From Salpingoeca rosetta (Eukaryota > Protista > Choanoflagellata): a stretch of DNA of 38,552 nucleotides. Positions 38,499 to 38,552 of this stretch are shown one piece after another. The DNA lies in contig JAWQFM010000007.1 in assembly GCA_033442325.1 (NCBI GenBank), positions 441,305-479,856 of the forward strand, given 5' to 3'. The notes under the pieces are model-generated. The model worked only from the letters and a program-made list of their open reading frames with translations, made no database searches and was not told where the DNA came from. A program made the position numbers and the translations under genes. Each line of letters starts with the position of its first letter. Positions within the stretch are counted from its first letter, which is position 1.

Positions 38499-38552
38499 AG
38501 ACAGGCAGACACACACACAGACTTCAGCAGCAGACACACACAAACACAACAG
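30518..38552 (-). CDS. TAF2: TFIID subunit 2 (M1-aminopeptidase-like fold), multi-exon, 5' end beyond the window
   Basis: Exon peptides match TAF2 blocks: SDTYLTVGLSELLVGRYVEKVQGRNEVRY (~38359-38184), RCKSYLVFEMMERRIG, FLDLVKKLCNIDLGTFMATWM, SPILWVKFDHDSKLLASITVEQEHWAWGYQARLDRHVIFQL, LLDAAENEQLYFHVRTQAVLALA, ENDFSNFPAYFLQQATLTALSRLK. Low-complexity exon 31700-30983 and a terminal exon 30682-30518 with a poly-Lys/HKH tail typical of the TAF2 C-terminus. Not all internal exon boundaries were resolved. Confidence 0.85.
35371..35456. repeat. (GTT)n trinucleotide microsatellite in a TAF2 intron
   Basis: Directly visible. Confidence 0.95.
36729..36828. other. Assembly gap (100 N) inside TAF2
   Basis: N run adjacent to (CA)n. 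Confidence 0.99.

Overview
Eukaryotic, intron-rich, GC-rich DNA with (CA)n/(GT)n-filled introns and two assembly gaps. The style and gene content suggest a choanoflagellate such as Salpingoeca rosetta (inference). Most ORFs in the supplied track are microsatellite artefacts. Seven genes can be rebuilt by hand-splicing GT..AG exons: (1) a 5'-truncated DUF2009/UPF0652-family gene (+); (2,3) two adjacent genes with single-exon CDSs (+) that share a ~51-aa N-terminal domain resembling the SERTA/IER helical hairpin; (4) PACSIN/syndapin F-BAR-SH3 (-); (5) a large multi-exon gene (+) with the architecture 11-mer amphipathic repeat - LRR - ankyrin - Roc GTPase - COR - TIR - SAM-like, a candidate innate-immune receptor/NADase; (6) folliculin (-) with a ~440-aa low-complexity insertion; (7) 5'-truncated TAF2 (-). 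The most interesting items are the Roco-TIR-SAM receptor and the paralogous SERTA/IER-like pair. All family assignments come from motif recognition, not database searches.
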